Source: Granulosicoccaceae bacterium
Lineage (GTDB): Bacteria > Pseudomonadota > Gammaproteobacteria > CALCKW01
Assembly: GCA_033852095.1 (NCBI GenBank)
Contig: JAWSVD010000029.1
Coordinates: forward strand, 78,077-142,076
Length of the DNA: 64,000 nt
Direction: 5' to 3'
Positions within the stretch are counted from its first letter, which is position 1. Each line of letters begins with the position of its first letter. The notes below the pieces were generated by a model that had not been told where the DNA came from, ran no database searches, and worked only from the letters and a program-made list of their open reading frames with translations. Both the position numbers and the translations under genes were made by a program. Positions 19,279 to 28,754 of the stretch are shown in pieces.

Positions 19279-19512
19279 CTTTTCTAACCCCTTTTCTCAC
19301 CGTGAAAGCGCTCAGCGCCTCTCTGCCACACAGCTTAACCGGATCAGCGAGCGCCTCACAGCAGTTTATTTCATCTCTTGAATTAAAAAGCACTCGTGCG
19401 ATAACCAGCCCTGTTCTGAACGCACTTCTGTGCACGGCGATGGGGTAGAACCCATGCCTGCCACAAATACCAGACAACAGACCCCGCAGCCGCGGAATTT
19501 TGCTACAGACAC

Positions 19513-19545
19513 AAAAAAGGGGCGAGGACTTTCGTCCCCGCCCCT
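19513..19545 (-). terminator. Intrinsic terminator of aceA
   Basis: aaaaaa-ggggcg-a-ggac-tttc-gtcc-c-cgcccc gives a GC hairpin plus U-tract on the minus strand about 30 bp after the aceA stop. Confidence 0.75.
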
Positions 19546-19571
19546 CGGCTCTACAACGCTGAATCAGATCG

Positions 19572-21152
19572 TTAGAACTGGTTCATGGTGTTGTCTTTGC
19601 CCGAAGCCTTCAGTGCGGCTTCACCGGCGAAGTACTCTTTATGATCGTCGCCCATGTCGGATCCGGCCATGTTCTGGTGTTTCACACAAGCGATGCCCTG
19701 ACGGATCTCCTTGCGCTGCACACCGGCCACGTAACCGAGCATGCCCTGATCGCCAAAGTAATCCTTGGCCAGGTTGTCCGTGGACAAGGCCGCTGTGTGA
19801 TAAGTGGGCAGCGTGATCAGGTGGTGGAAGATACCGGCTTCGCGAGCCGCATCGGCTTGGAAGGTACGGATCTTCTCATCCGCAGTAACAGACAAGTCCG
19901 TGCTGTCGTAAGTCTCGTTCATCAGGTCAGCACGGTCGTAAGCTGATACGTCCTTGCCCTCTTCTGACCAGGCATCGAAAATCTGCTGGCGGAAGTTCAG
20001 CGTCCAGTTGAAGGACGGGCTGTTGTTGTAGACAAGCTTGGCGTTTGGCACGGCTTCGCGCACCCGGTTCAACATGCCACCGATCTGCGAGACATGGGGC
20101 TTCTCGGTCTCGATCCAGATCATGTCAGCGCCGTTCTGCAAAGACGTGATGCTGTCCAATACGCAGCGGTCCTCGCCGGTGCCGGCGCGGAACTGGAACA
20201 GGTTGCTTGGCAAACGCTTGGGGCGTACCAGCTTGCCGCCTTGTTTGATCACCAGATCACCGTTGTTCATGTCCTCAAGCGACACCTCTTCCACGTCGAG
20301 GAAGCTGTTGTACTGGTCGCCCAAATCACCCGGCTCTTTGGTCACTGCAATCTGCTTGGTCAGGCCTGCGCCCAGCGAATCGGTACGGGCGACGATCACA
20401 CCGTCGTCCACGCCCAGCTCGAGGAAGGCGTAACGCACGGCGCGGATCTTGGCGAGGAAATCCTCGTGCGGCACCGTTACTTTACCGTCCTGGTGACCAC
20501 ACTGCTTTTCGTCGGAGACCTGATTTTCGATCTGGATACAGCAGGCGCCCGCCTCGATCATCTGCTTGGCCATCAAGTAGGTGGCTTCGGCGTTGCCAAA
20601 ACCCGCGTCGATGTCGGCGATGATGGGCACAATGTGCGTCTGGTAACCGTCGATCTGCGCCTGCACCGCCGCTTTATCTGCAGCAGCGGCACCGTCGAGC
20701 TGACGGAACAAACCGCCCAGTTCACGCGCATCGGCCTGGCGCAAGAAGGTGTAGAGCTCGGCGATCAAGCTCGCGACAGATGTTTTCTCGTGCATGGACT
20801 GATCAGGCAGCGGGCCGAACTCAGAACGCAAGGCCGCTACCATCCAACCGGAGAGGTAGAGGTATTTCTTGTCGGTGGTGCCGAAGTGCTTTTTGATCGA
20901 AATCAGCTTTTGCTGTCCTATAAAGCCGTGCCAGCAACCCAGCGACTGGGTGTATTTAGAGCTGTCGGCGTCGTACTCATCCATGTCACGGCGCATAATA
21001 GAGGCGGTGTAACGAGCGATGTCGAGGCCTGTTTGGAATCGGTTCTGCGATTTCATGCGCGCTGCGTATTCAGGGTTGATCGCGTCCCAGCTGCTGCCAG
21101 CTGCGGCTCGAACCTTGGCCAATGCGTCTATGTCTTGTTGGTATTGGGACAT
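19572..21152 (-). CDS. aceA: Isocitrate lyase (long, Pseudomonas-type)
   Basis: YLSGWMVAALRS, IADIDAGFG, catalytic EKQCGHQDGK, VARTDS, IWIETEKP, YNNSPSFNW. Confidence 0.96.
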   Translation of the reverse strand: MSQYQQDIDALAKVRAAAGSSWDAINPEYAARMKSQNRFQTGLDIARYTASIMRRDMDEYDADSSKYTQSLGCWHGFIGQQKLISIKKHFGTTDKKYLYLSGWMVAALRSEFGPLPDQSMHEKTSVASLIAELYTFLRQADARELGGLFRQLDGAAAADKAAVQAQIDGYQTHIVPIIADIDAGFGNAEATYLMAKQMIEAGACCIQIENQVSDEKQCGHQDGKVTVPHEDFLAKIRAVRYAFLELGVDDGVIVARTDSLGAGLTKQIAVTKEPGDLGDQYNSFLDVEEVSLEDMNNGDLVIKQGGKLVRPKRLPSNLFQFRAGTGEDRCVLDSITSLQNGADMIWIETEKPHVSQIGGMLNRVREAVPNAKLVYNNSPSFNWTLNFRQQIFDAWSEEGKDVSAYDRADLMNETYDSTDLSVTADEKIRTFQADAAREAGIFHHLITLPTYHTAALSTDNLAKDYFGDQGMLGYVAGVQRKEIRQGIACVKHQNMAGSDMGDDHKEYFAGEAALKASGKDNTMNQF

Positions 21153-21409
21153 ACTCGAAATACTCCAATAAATTAATCAAAGAGAAATCAGCTAAGCACT
21201 CGTCGGTGCTGCAATGGCGTGAATACTAGCGGCCGCTAAAGCATTGGCATAATAAATACCAAACATGCGTATAATTCACCAAACAAATATTGCGTGAAAT
21301 CAAGTGCTTCTGCTTGTTAAGCCGATTTCGGGCCTGAAATCGCGGCCCTGGCCCCACCCTTGCTCACGCCAATTCCACTGGCTAAATCGCTATTTTTTGG
21401 ACAATAATC

Positions 21410-22369
21410 ATGGCTTTAGGACGTTTCGACCTCAATCTGTTGCGCAATTTGGACGCCCTGTTGCGCGAGCGCAACGTCACCAGTGCAGCCAATTTGCTGG
21501 ATCTGAGCCAACCCGCCATGAGCAACAGTTTGCGGCGGCTGCGCGAGCAATTTGACGATCCACTGCTCATTCGAACCAGTGAAGGCATGACCCCCACCGA
21601 ACGCGCGCTGGCGCTGCAGCCGATCGTGCGCGATGTGCTGGCGACCGTGGACAGAGCGGTTCAACCGCAAACCCGTTTTGACGCCGCCAGCTCTGACCGC
21701 GTGTTCCGCATCATGGCCAGCGACTACGCGGAATCATCGCTGTTCCCGCACCTGATCCGCCGCCTGCGAGCCCAGGCACCGCACGTCATTCTCGACATCA
21801 TGACGCCCAGCGACGTCAGCTTCCCCGACGTGGAACAAGGCAAGGTGGACATGGTGATCAACCGCTTTGATTCCCTGCCGCAATCCTTCCACCAGAAAAT
21901 CCTCTGGAGTGACAGTTTTGCCTGCATCCACAGCGTGGACAACCCGATCGCCGACAGCTTCTCGCTGGACACCTACCTGGCGGCGCAACACGTGTGGGTG
22001 AGCAAAACCGGCATGGGCGTGGGCGTGGGCATGAACCCGGACAATGTGCAGCGCCTCGGCTGGGTGGACGAGGCCCTCACCCGCATCGACAGGAAACGCG
22101 AGATCAGCGTTTTCACACGCTACTACCAGGCGGCCATGTTGTTGGCGCAGGAGAGCGATTTGATCGTCACCCTGCCCTCGCGCGCCGCCCGCCTGCAACG
22201 CAACAACCCCTTAGTAACCGTGCGTAAACCGCCCTTTGAGATCCCCGACATGGAGCTCAACATGGCCTGGAGCCCGCTGTTACAACACAACCCCGCGCAC
22301 CAGTGGATGCGCCGCCTGATAGCCGATGTTGCGGCCGAAAACTGCCCCGAGTTTATGCCTGATCATTGA
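21410..22369 (+). CDS. LysR-family transcriptional regulator divergent from aceA
   Basis: FDLNLL...ERNVTSAA...LSQPAMSNSLRRLR..FDDPLLIRT HTH followed by a LysR substrate-binding domain. Confidence 0.92.
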   Translation: MALGRFDLNLLRNLDALLRERNVTSAANLLDLSQPAMSNSLRRLREQFDDPLLIRTSEGMTPTERALALQPIVRDVLATVDRAVQPQTRFDAASSDRVFRIMASDYAESSLFPHLIRRLRAQAPHVILDIMTPSDVSFPDVEQGKVDMVINRFDSLPQSFHQKILWSDSFACIHSVDNPIADSFSLDTYLAAQHVWVSKTGMGVGVGMNPDNVQRLGWVDEALTRIDRKREISVFTRYYQAAMLLAQESDLIVTLPSRAARLQRNNPLVTVRKPPFEIPDMELNMAWSPLLQHNPAHQWMRRLIADVAAENCPEFMPDH

Positions 22370-22482
22370 GTATTGGCACCTGGGGGCGGGCTTGAGATCC
22401 GCCGTCAACTATTCGGCGACTGTGCGCAACACAGGAAACGGCCTAACCCCAGAGACAAAACAAAACAAAACAAACGGCCAGC

Positions 22483-23346
22483 TCAGCTCTGCGCTGCCAG
22501 CCGCAGCAACATCGCGGAAAAATCATCCCTGCCCTGACCTTCATCGACCATGCGCTGATAGAGCTCGGCAGCGTGCGCGCCCAGCGGTGTCGCAGCCGAT
22601 ACTTGCTCGGCCGCCTGCTGGCTCAGCCCCAGGTCTTTTAACATCAGCGCGGCAGCGAAGCCAGGCTTGTAATCGTTGTCGGCCGGGGTTTCTGGCCCCA
22701 CACCCGGTGCGGGGCAATAGCTGTTCATGCTCCAGCAAGAGCCCGACGAGGTGGAAACCACGTCAAACAATTTTTGCCGATCCAAGCCCAGCTTGTCCGC
22801 CAGATTGATCGCCTCACAGCTGCCGATCATTGATATACCCAGCAACATGTTGTTGCAGATTTTGGCTGCCTGCCCCGCCCCAGCAGCGCCGCAATGCACC
22901 GCCTTGTGCCCCATCACCTCAAACAGCGGCAGCGCAAAGGCAAAAGCTGCGTCCGCGCCGCCGACCATGAAGGTCAGCGTGCCCGCCGCCGCGCCGCCCA
23001 CCCCACCGGACACAGGCGCGTCCAGCGACAACAGGCCAGCCTCCGTCGCTAGCTGATGCGCATCACGCGCGCTCTGCACGTCCACCGTGGAGCAGTCCAA
23101 CACACAGGCCCCTGCCTGCAGCGCCGGCACCAGCTCGTCGTACACCGTGCGCAATATCTGCCCGTTCGGCAGCATGCTGATCACCAGCTCGGCGCCCGCC
23201 GCCACCGCCGCGACGCTGTCGGCTTGCTGCACCCCTTCGATGGCCACACCCGCCACATCAAAACCCGAGACCAGATGGCCAGCAGCCGCGAGATTGCGCG
23301 CCATTGGCCCGCCCATGTTGCCCAAGCCTATAAAGCCAATGTTCAT
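22483..23346 (-). CDS. mmsB: 3-hydroxyisobutyrate dehydrogenase
   Basis: MNIGFIGLGNMGGPMA, DAPVSGGVGGA, AAKICNNMLLGISM, YCPAPGVGP..PA..DY.PGF. Start reassigned to 23346. Confidence 0.9.
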   Translation of the reverse strand: MNIGFIGLGNMGGPMARNLAAAGHLVSGFDVAGVAIEGVQQADSVAAVAAGAELVISMLPNGQILRTVYDELVPALQAGACVLDCSTVDVQSARDAHQLATEAGLLSLDAPVSGGVGGAAAGTLTFMVGGADAAFAFALPLFEVMGHKAVHCGAAGAGQAAKICNNMLLGISMIGSCEAINLADKLGLDRQKLFDVVSTSSGSCWSMNSYCPAPGVGPETPADNDYKPGFAAALMLKDLGLSQQAAEQVSAATPLGAHAAELYQRMVDEGQGRDDFSAMLLRLAAQS

Positions 23347-23635
23347 TTGATCGCCTCTCGCAGAAAGTAAAAAAAGGTGCACTTGAGATGAACTATCCCC
23401 CAGCCTGCGCCAAAGGTACAGGGATGAGCGCTCGCGACCGCTCCATCAAATCCCGCTGCGGCCAAGTTTTCTTAACCGACGCCAACACTGTGCAAAGCGG
23501 ATGAATACCACCCACGCTCAACTGTATGTCGCCCGCGCCACAGAAGTGTTGTAAAAGCACGATAACAACGCGAGTAATTGCGTTAGCTTGTGTGCACGTC
23601 AATGAAAACTTAGCCAGCTCCCTGAGGACATGCAC

Positions 23636-24637
23636 ATGCCCAGTTTCGATCTCAGCTTGCACCAGCACCCGCTCATCGGACCGGGCTTCGAAGCGATCAC
23701 GGACGACCCGATCTTTGACCCCAGCGTCCACCTCGCGCTGGAGCAACCAAGCGACACGCTCAGCTTGAGTGACCTGGGTTACGGCGATGAGATTGCAGGC
23801 ACCACTCCCAGTGATGTCGCCGCCACCGCCTGCTTCAGGGTACTGAGCGATGAAGGCGTTGCCGCCATGTATCACGTCTGCAAGCAGCTCGAAGCCTTCA
23901 CCACCTCCAACGCGCGCATCGCCCGCAACACCCGTGGCGGGGTGTACCGGTCGCGGTTTCTGAGGGACTTCAGCAACAGCGCGGACTTGGCGCAGCACTT
24001 ATCCGGCATCATGAAAACGCCACTGATCCCGCACGCCATGGGCCACCAGATAGCGCACATCAACTACAACCCGCTCACGTTGGGTGAGAACGTCGACAAA
24101 TGGCACTACGACACCTTACAAGTGGACACGGTGTTGTTTGTCACCGACCCCACCGCCGTAGTAGGCGGCGAGTTCCAATATTTTAAAGGCACTCGAGAAG
24201 AAATGGCGGCGCTGTACAAAGGCGGTGAGCCCTTCCCCGCCGAGCGGATTGTATCGCCTGAGATGCCGGGCCCAGGCTACGCCGTGTTGATGCAGGGCAA
24301 TTACGTGGTGCACCAGGCGCGCGGGCTGCGCGAAGCAGGTGAACGCATCACCCTCGTCAATGGCTTCAGCTACGCCGACCCAAACACCCCCGACTTCACA
24401 GCTTTAGGCCAATTATTCCACGCGGACCCCACTCCGCTTGCCTCCGCAGAATACGCCCGCCATGTCTCGCTGCGCTGCGGCCGCCAACTCTCACAGCTGG
24501 TCAACCAGCCTGATTACTTGGCCACACCTGTGCAGCAAGCCCGCAAACTGGCTGCGATCCGCGCGGAGCTCGACGCAGCGATAACCCAACTCGAACACGC
24601 GGAAGGCGAAGAAATGAAGCATTTTGGGGACGGTTGA
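23636..24637 (+). CDS. Uncharacterised 2OG-Fe(II) oxygenase-like protein
   Basis: WHYDT (HxD), GGEFQY, VVHQA (distal His) and ERITLV (Arg) are spaced as in DSBH Fe/2OG oxygenases. GAGGA RBS favours ATG 23636. Confidence 0.6.
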   Translation: MPSFDLSLHQHPLIGPGFEAITDDPIFDPSVHLALEQPSDTLSLSDLGYGDEIAGTTPSDVAATACFRVLSDEGVAAMYHVCKQLEAFTTSNARIARNTRGGVYRSRFLRDFSNSADLAQHLSGIMKTPLIPHAMGHQIAHINYNPLTLGENVDKWHYDTLQVDTVLFVTDPTAVVGGEFQYFKGTREEMAALYKGGEPFPAERIVSPEMPGPGYAVLMQGNYVVHQARGLREAGERITLVNGFSYADPNTPDFTALGQLFHADPTPLASAEYARHVSLRCGRQLSQLVNQPDYLATPVQQARKLAAIRAELDAAITQLEHAEGEEMKHFGDG

Positions 24638-24865
24638 TCAAATTTGAAACAGGGTCGCTTGAGCTCGCTGCATTTCTCGAAATAAAGAGCAGCGATTGAC
24701 GATTTCGCACTACGCAAGGCTTAGTACCTTAGTGCAGGCTCCGGTAGAATAGAGCTTATACAGACACACCAACTGCACAGTACACCGGCTGGTCTGTGAC
24801 CGCCTTGAGCGCCCTGCGCAGCAAAGGCCACTCAACGGGGAACGCGCACTTCGGGAGCCCACGCC

Positions 24866-26017
24866 GTGTCAATTCATGATCTTCGCCAGCGACGAGACAC
24901 CACTGAAGGGCAGTGGGCTCGCTTTGCTGACGGCAAAAAGTTCAGCCGCCGCACAGCGCTGCCCGAGTCTATCTGCTCATCGTGGCAGCGCAGTGCCGAT
25001 TGCATTGATTTGAGCCGAGCCTGCGCCCCGCTCGAAGACAGCCACACCACGGCCAACCGCTGGCAAAATTCACTGCTGAAAAACGCCGCAGCCCAAGAGC
25101 ATGGCAACATGGCACAGCTGGTGAATGACGGCAACATGGTCGCAGCCATCGCCGACACAGCGGGCCAACTGCTGTGGACCTCGAGCAGCAGCCACATGCG
25201 CCAGCGCGCGGAGTCGGTGAACTTCATGGCAGGCGCCCGCTGGGACGAAGAATCCGTCGGCACCAACGCCGTCGGCTTGGCGCTCGCGCTGCGCCGCGCT
25301 GTCACGGTTTTCTCCAACGAGCACTACCTGCCCTCGGTACACGACTGGGTCTGTTACGCCGCGCCGATCATCCACCCCAAAACGCAGGACTGCGTCGGCA
25401 TTCTGGACATGTCCACCTCGTGGCAGCGCCACAGCCCGCTCGGCCAGGCAGCGGTCATCGGCATGGCCCACTCCCTCGCAGCCGGGCTGCCCGACCCCGT
25501 CGCCAAGGCCGACCTAGAGATCTACGCGCTGGGCCAGCCCCGCGTGGTCTATCAGGGCCAGACACTGCACCTACAACAGAGACAGCTGGAGATACTCTGC
25601 CTGCTGGCGCTCAACCCCGAAGGCTTGACGTTGCAGCAGTTTCACGCGGTGCTCTACGGTGATTCCCCCGTCTCCGCACACACCCTGAAATCCGAGCTCT
25701 CGCACCTGCGCCGCATGCTGGGTGGCAACATTGGCTCCAGACCCTACCGCCTGCAGACGCCCGTCTGGGCAGATTTCATCGAGATATGGCAAGCACTGCA
25801 CCGGCAACAATCGGACGAGGCTCTGGGGCTCTACCGCGGCCCGCTCATCCCAAAATCAACGTCCCCAGAGCTCGAAGAGTGGCGCCGCTGCATCGACGCC
25901 GTGATGAGCGAAGCCCTCGACAGCTGCAACGACAGCGCCACCTTGATCAAGCAGCTCACCACCAGCACCGGCGGCAGTGAGCTGATCCGCGAGCGCTTGT
26001 CGGAAATACTGAGCTAG
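24866..26017 (+). CDS. GAF-domain transcriptional regulator (AcoR-type GAF + winged helix / BTAD-like)
   Basis: SSWQRS, GARWDEESVGTNAVGLAL, EHY..SVHDW.CYAAPI (AcoR-like GAF), then LGQPRV...EILCLLAL...LKSELSHLR. No AAA+ domain seen. Confidence 0.8.
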   Translation: MSIHDLRQRRDTTEGQWARFADGKKFSRRTALPESICSSWQRSADCIDLSRACAPLEDSHTTANRWQNSLLKNAAAQEHGNMAQLVNDGNMVAAIADTAGQLLWTSSSSHMRQRAESVNFMAGARWDEESVGTNAVGLALALRRAVTVFSNEHYLPSVHDWVCYAAPIIHPKTQDCVGILDMSTSWQRHSPLGQAAVIGMAHSLAAGLPDPVAKADLEIYALGQPRVVYQGQTLHLQQRQLEILCLLALNPEGLTLQQFHAVLYGDSPVSAHTLKSELSHLRRMLGGNIGSRPYRLQTPVWADFIEIWQALHRQQSDEALGLYRGPLIPKSTSPELEEWRRCIDAVMSEALDSCNDSATLIKQLTTSTGGSELIRERLSEILS

Positions 26018-26033
26018 TGGGCTAAAACTCGTT

Positions 26034-26912
26034 TCAGCCATGCGGCAGTGTGAACAAACGGGTCATAGCGGCAACGCAGACGAATATAGCGAGGAACAAC
26101 AACAGCTCCAATGCCAAAGACTGACCCAGGCGCCGCGTCATGCGGCCACCATCATTTTGCAGCCCTGGGACCAAGCGCCATTTATGCAGGGCAGCCAGTG
26201 CAAATATCACCACAACTAGGGTGAGTTTGGCGAGCAAGGTCAAGCCGTAGCCGCTGCTGAGCAAGCCCCATATATCTTCGAATCTCAGCAGTATAAACAG
26301 CGCCCCTGATGCCACCACCAAGGCCGTGGCGAGCGCGGCCACCCCGCCGAATGTCTCTGCAACATCCCGCAGCTGCGGTAATCTCAGCGCACTGAATGCC
26401 CCCCGCATCAAAGCTGGCACAGCGGCAAACCAAAAGCTGATACACAGCAGATGAACCGTGATCAGCACGGCGAGCAGCAACCTTGGCTCCGCAACCGCGT
26501 GACCGGATGCGGCAAAGGAGCTGGCACTGAGAAGAGCACCAAACAGCGGCAGCACAAGGCCCGGTCGCCCGAAGCTTGAAAGCAAACACAGCAACAACCC
26601 CGCGGCACGCAATGCCAGCGCCGTGCCCAGCGAGCTCTGCCAAATAAAGTGATACATATTCGGCTCAAAGGCGCCCTCGAGGCCCTCGTCGTACATCTCC
26701 GCCGCGGTATAAGCGGTTTGCAGCACCAAGCCAAGCAGCGCACAGCAAGCCGCCAGGCGCAGCTGCTGCTTGAGCAATGACAAGAAGGGCCGGTTGCCAC
26801 TGTAGACACAGCTAAGCAAAGCCGAGCCCAGCGCCAGGCAGGTGGCGGTCACGACCCCCCACTGCAACAGCGCAGCGAGATACTCGTCGCCCAGGCCCAT
26901 CATGCCGAACAC
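26034..26912 (-). CDS. copD: CopD-family copper resistance membrane protein
   Basis: GHAVA, HLLCISFW, SGYGLTLLAKL, LHKWRLVP; multi-TM; follows copC. Start may be the ATG at 26903. Confidence 0.8.
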   Translation of the reverse strand: MFGMMGLGDEYLAALLQWGVVTATCLALGSALLSCVYSGNRPFLSLLKQQLRLAACCALLGLVLQTAYTAAEMYDEGLEGAFEPNMYHFIWQSSLGTALALRAAGLLLCLLSSFGRPGLVLPLFGALLSASSFAASGHAVAEPRLLLAVLITVHLLCISFWFAAVPALMRGAFSALRLPQLRDVAETFGGVAALATALVVASGALFILLRFEDIWGLLSSGYGLTLLAKLTLVVVIFALAALHKWRLVPGLQNDGGRMTRRLGQSLALELLLFLAIFVCVAAMTRLFTLPHG

Positions 26913-26916
26913 ATCG

Positions 26917-27255
26917 CTAGCGAATGCTGAACTTGATGCGACCCTTCATCAGATGACCATCCTCGCCCATCGCACGCCAGCTGGCGATGTATTTACCGGC
27001 CGCCAAGGCCGTTGGCAGGGGCAGTTCATGGTGGCTACTTTGTGCTGCATCCGGTCCAGGTTTGAGCACCAGCTCTTGCGCCCCTTCGAGCTTTAACTTC
27101 AACAGTCGGACTTCGCGTTTGAAGCTCAGCTGAAAGCTGTCGGGTGATTGCTCAAGCCTTGCGTTATTGCTCGGCTCGCTGGACAACAAAGGCGAGTGCG
27201 CAAAGGCAGAGAGTGGAAAAGCCAATAAAGCGGCCAAAAAAATGCGTTTATTCAT
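26917..27255 (-). CDS. copC: CopC-family periplasmic copper-binding protein
   Basis: Signal peptide ending AFA-H, mature N-terminal His (HSPLLSSEPS), C-terminal WRAMGEDGH..KG.I.F. Confidence 0.88.
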   Translation of the reverse strand: MNKRIFLAALLAFPLSAFAHSPLLSSEPSNNARLEQSPDSFQLSFKREVRLLKLKLEGAQELVLKPGPDAAQSSHHELPLPTALAAGKYIASWRAMGEDGHLMKGRIKFSIR

Positions 27256-27283
27256 GGGTATTTCTCAGTAGAAAGCCAGCAGC

Positions 27284-27311
27284 TAAAACGCCGCGCCACC
27301 ATCGGCGCGGC
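27284..27311 (-). terminator. Hairpin + U-tract between DUF411 gene and copC
   Basis: gccgcgcc-accatc-ggcgcggc (27290-27311) followed on the minus strand by GTTTT. Confidence 0.55.
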
Positions 27312-27329
27312 AGTTAGAAATAACAGACA

Positions 27330-27851
27330 TCAATGTTCCGCAGGGTAATCACTGAACACGCCTGTCTGCTTGCCGTCGGTGAAACTGATCACCTTGTACG
27401 CCTGCGCGGGTCTGGTGGGTGATTCCATGCCCGGTGAGCCCGTCACCATGCCCGGCACAGCCAAGCCCGACACCGCGGGGCGCTCGCGTAGCAGACGCTC
27501 GATATCACTGGCGGGCACATGGCCCTCGATGGCGTAACCGTCCACGAATGCCGTGTGGCATGAGCCCAGACCGGGCCCGAGTTTCGCCTTGATCTTGTAC
27601 TGAGTTTGATCGTCCACATTAATGGCTTCGATCGGGAAGCCGGCCTCACGCATGTGCGCGACCCAGTGCTTGCAGCAGCCGCAACTGGCGCTCTTATAGA
27701 CGGTAACTTGCGGCAGCTGCGCCTGCTCTGCAACAACAACCTCCGCAGCTACCTTTTCGGCCGCTGCCGGCGCGTTGTTGTTGGTCGTGGCGACCGCGGC
27801 GACCGCGACACCCAGCGCTAGAACAGCAAACAGTGGTGTTGTGTATTTCAT
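27330..27851 (-). CDS. DUF411 (CopG-like) periplasmic metal-binding protein
   Basis: VYKSASCGCCKHWVAHM, LGSCHTA..DGY.IEGHVP, GLAVPGMVTGSPGME. Start reassigned to ATG 27851. Confidence 0.88.
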   Translation of the reverse strand: MKYTTPLFAVLALGVAVAAVATTNNNAPAAAEKVAAEVVVAEQAQLPQVTVYKSASCGCCKHWVAHMREAGFPIEAINVDDQTQYKIKAKLGPGLGSCHTAFVDGYAIEGHVPASDIERLLRERPAVSGLAVPGMVTGSPGMESPTRPAQAYKVISFTDGKQTGVFSDYPAEH

Positions 27852-27932
27852 GGTTTTCTCTTTCAAAAAACGGGCAGGTATCGCCAGATATCACTGACGA
27901 ATAATAAAGGGCCAACAGAGTAGCGAGCGATG

Positions 27933-28295
27933 CTACTGGGGCGGTTTATCGAGGGGATACACCGGTGATACGTGTGCAAGTGGCTCAAATTGCTGAAGTG
28001 AGCCGCCAGACAACCGAAACTCGCCGAGTTCAAGCGCACACAAAGCGAGCGGCGCGCTGCTTTCAGCGCAGAGCACTTCACAGCAACTCTCAGCGGATGA
28101 CTGGCAATGGTTTTCGGTGTCTGGCGTAGCGGACCGCTCACGATCCTCTGCGTGGTTCATCGAGTGTTCAGTCAGCGCCCATTTCTGGCAAGCGACCGGG
28201 CTGCTGCCCTCTGCCGTCACCGCTCCCGCCAATACGTTCGTCCACGCAAACAACAGCAAGAAGACACAGCAAGTGGATTCGAAAAATTTTCTCAC
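27933..28295 (-). CDS. CopL/DUF2946-like small Cys/His-rich protein
   Basis: Hydrophobic N-terminus, HSMNH, HCQSSAESCCEVLC, C-terminal PLDKPPQ (xPP tail). GGAGG RBS before GTG 28295; heads the cop module. Confidence 0.6.
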   Translation of the reverse strand: MRKFFESTCCVFLLLFAWTNVLAGAVTAEGSSPVACQKWALTEHSMNHAEDRERSATPDTENHCQSSAESCCEVLCAESSAPLALCALELGEFRLSGGSLQQFEPLAHVSPVYPLDKPPQ

Positions 28296-28754
28296 AGCGC
28301 CTCCTGATGGTGAATAAACTGCGGGGCAGCCTTTTGAGATCGCCACCCAGACGGAAATTTTAGCACGCTGAAAATGACTGTGGCGACAGGTTTAAGAACC
28401 GGCAGTGCCAACTCCCCCCTGCGCCTCAATCAGCATGAACCCAGCCCTAGGCCACTAAATAACGCATGTAGCCGGTGTTTACCATGCCTATCACCTGCAC
28501 TTTTTCAGTCGCGCCCTTCATGGAGGCGTACAGCAATTTCGCCTCCGCTTCTTCACTGCGAATGGGCAGTGGCAACACATCGTCACCGGCCACCAAAGGG
28601 GAAATCCAAGCCATTGCAGCTGTGCATGGTCATCCACGCGGCAAAACACAGATATCCGACCTCGCCATGCTCTGATCGTTCAGTTTTTCAGGCAAGCTAC
28701 GTCAAAAACCTGCCTGAAACCAGTGATTCTAAAGGCGCGAGCGAGAGCCGACCC

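Noticed and set aside
20094-21176. 360-aa plus-strand ORF
   Set aside because: Antisense shadow of aceA in high-GC DNA; no recognisable motifs.
22455-22475. (CAAAA)n short tandem repeat after the mmsB stop
   Set aside because: Only about 3.5 copies, intergenic between convergent genes; no evident consequence.
23636-24637. BesD/HalD-type halogenase hypothesis
   Set aside because: The motif is HYD with the carboxylate retained, whereas halogenases have HxG/A.
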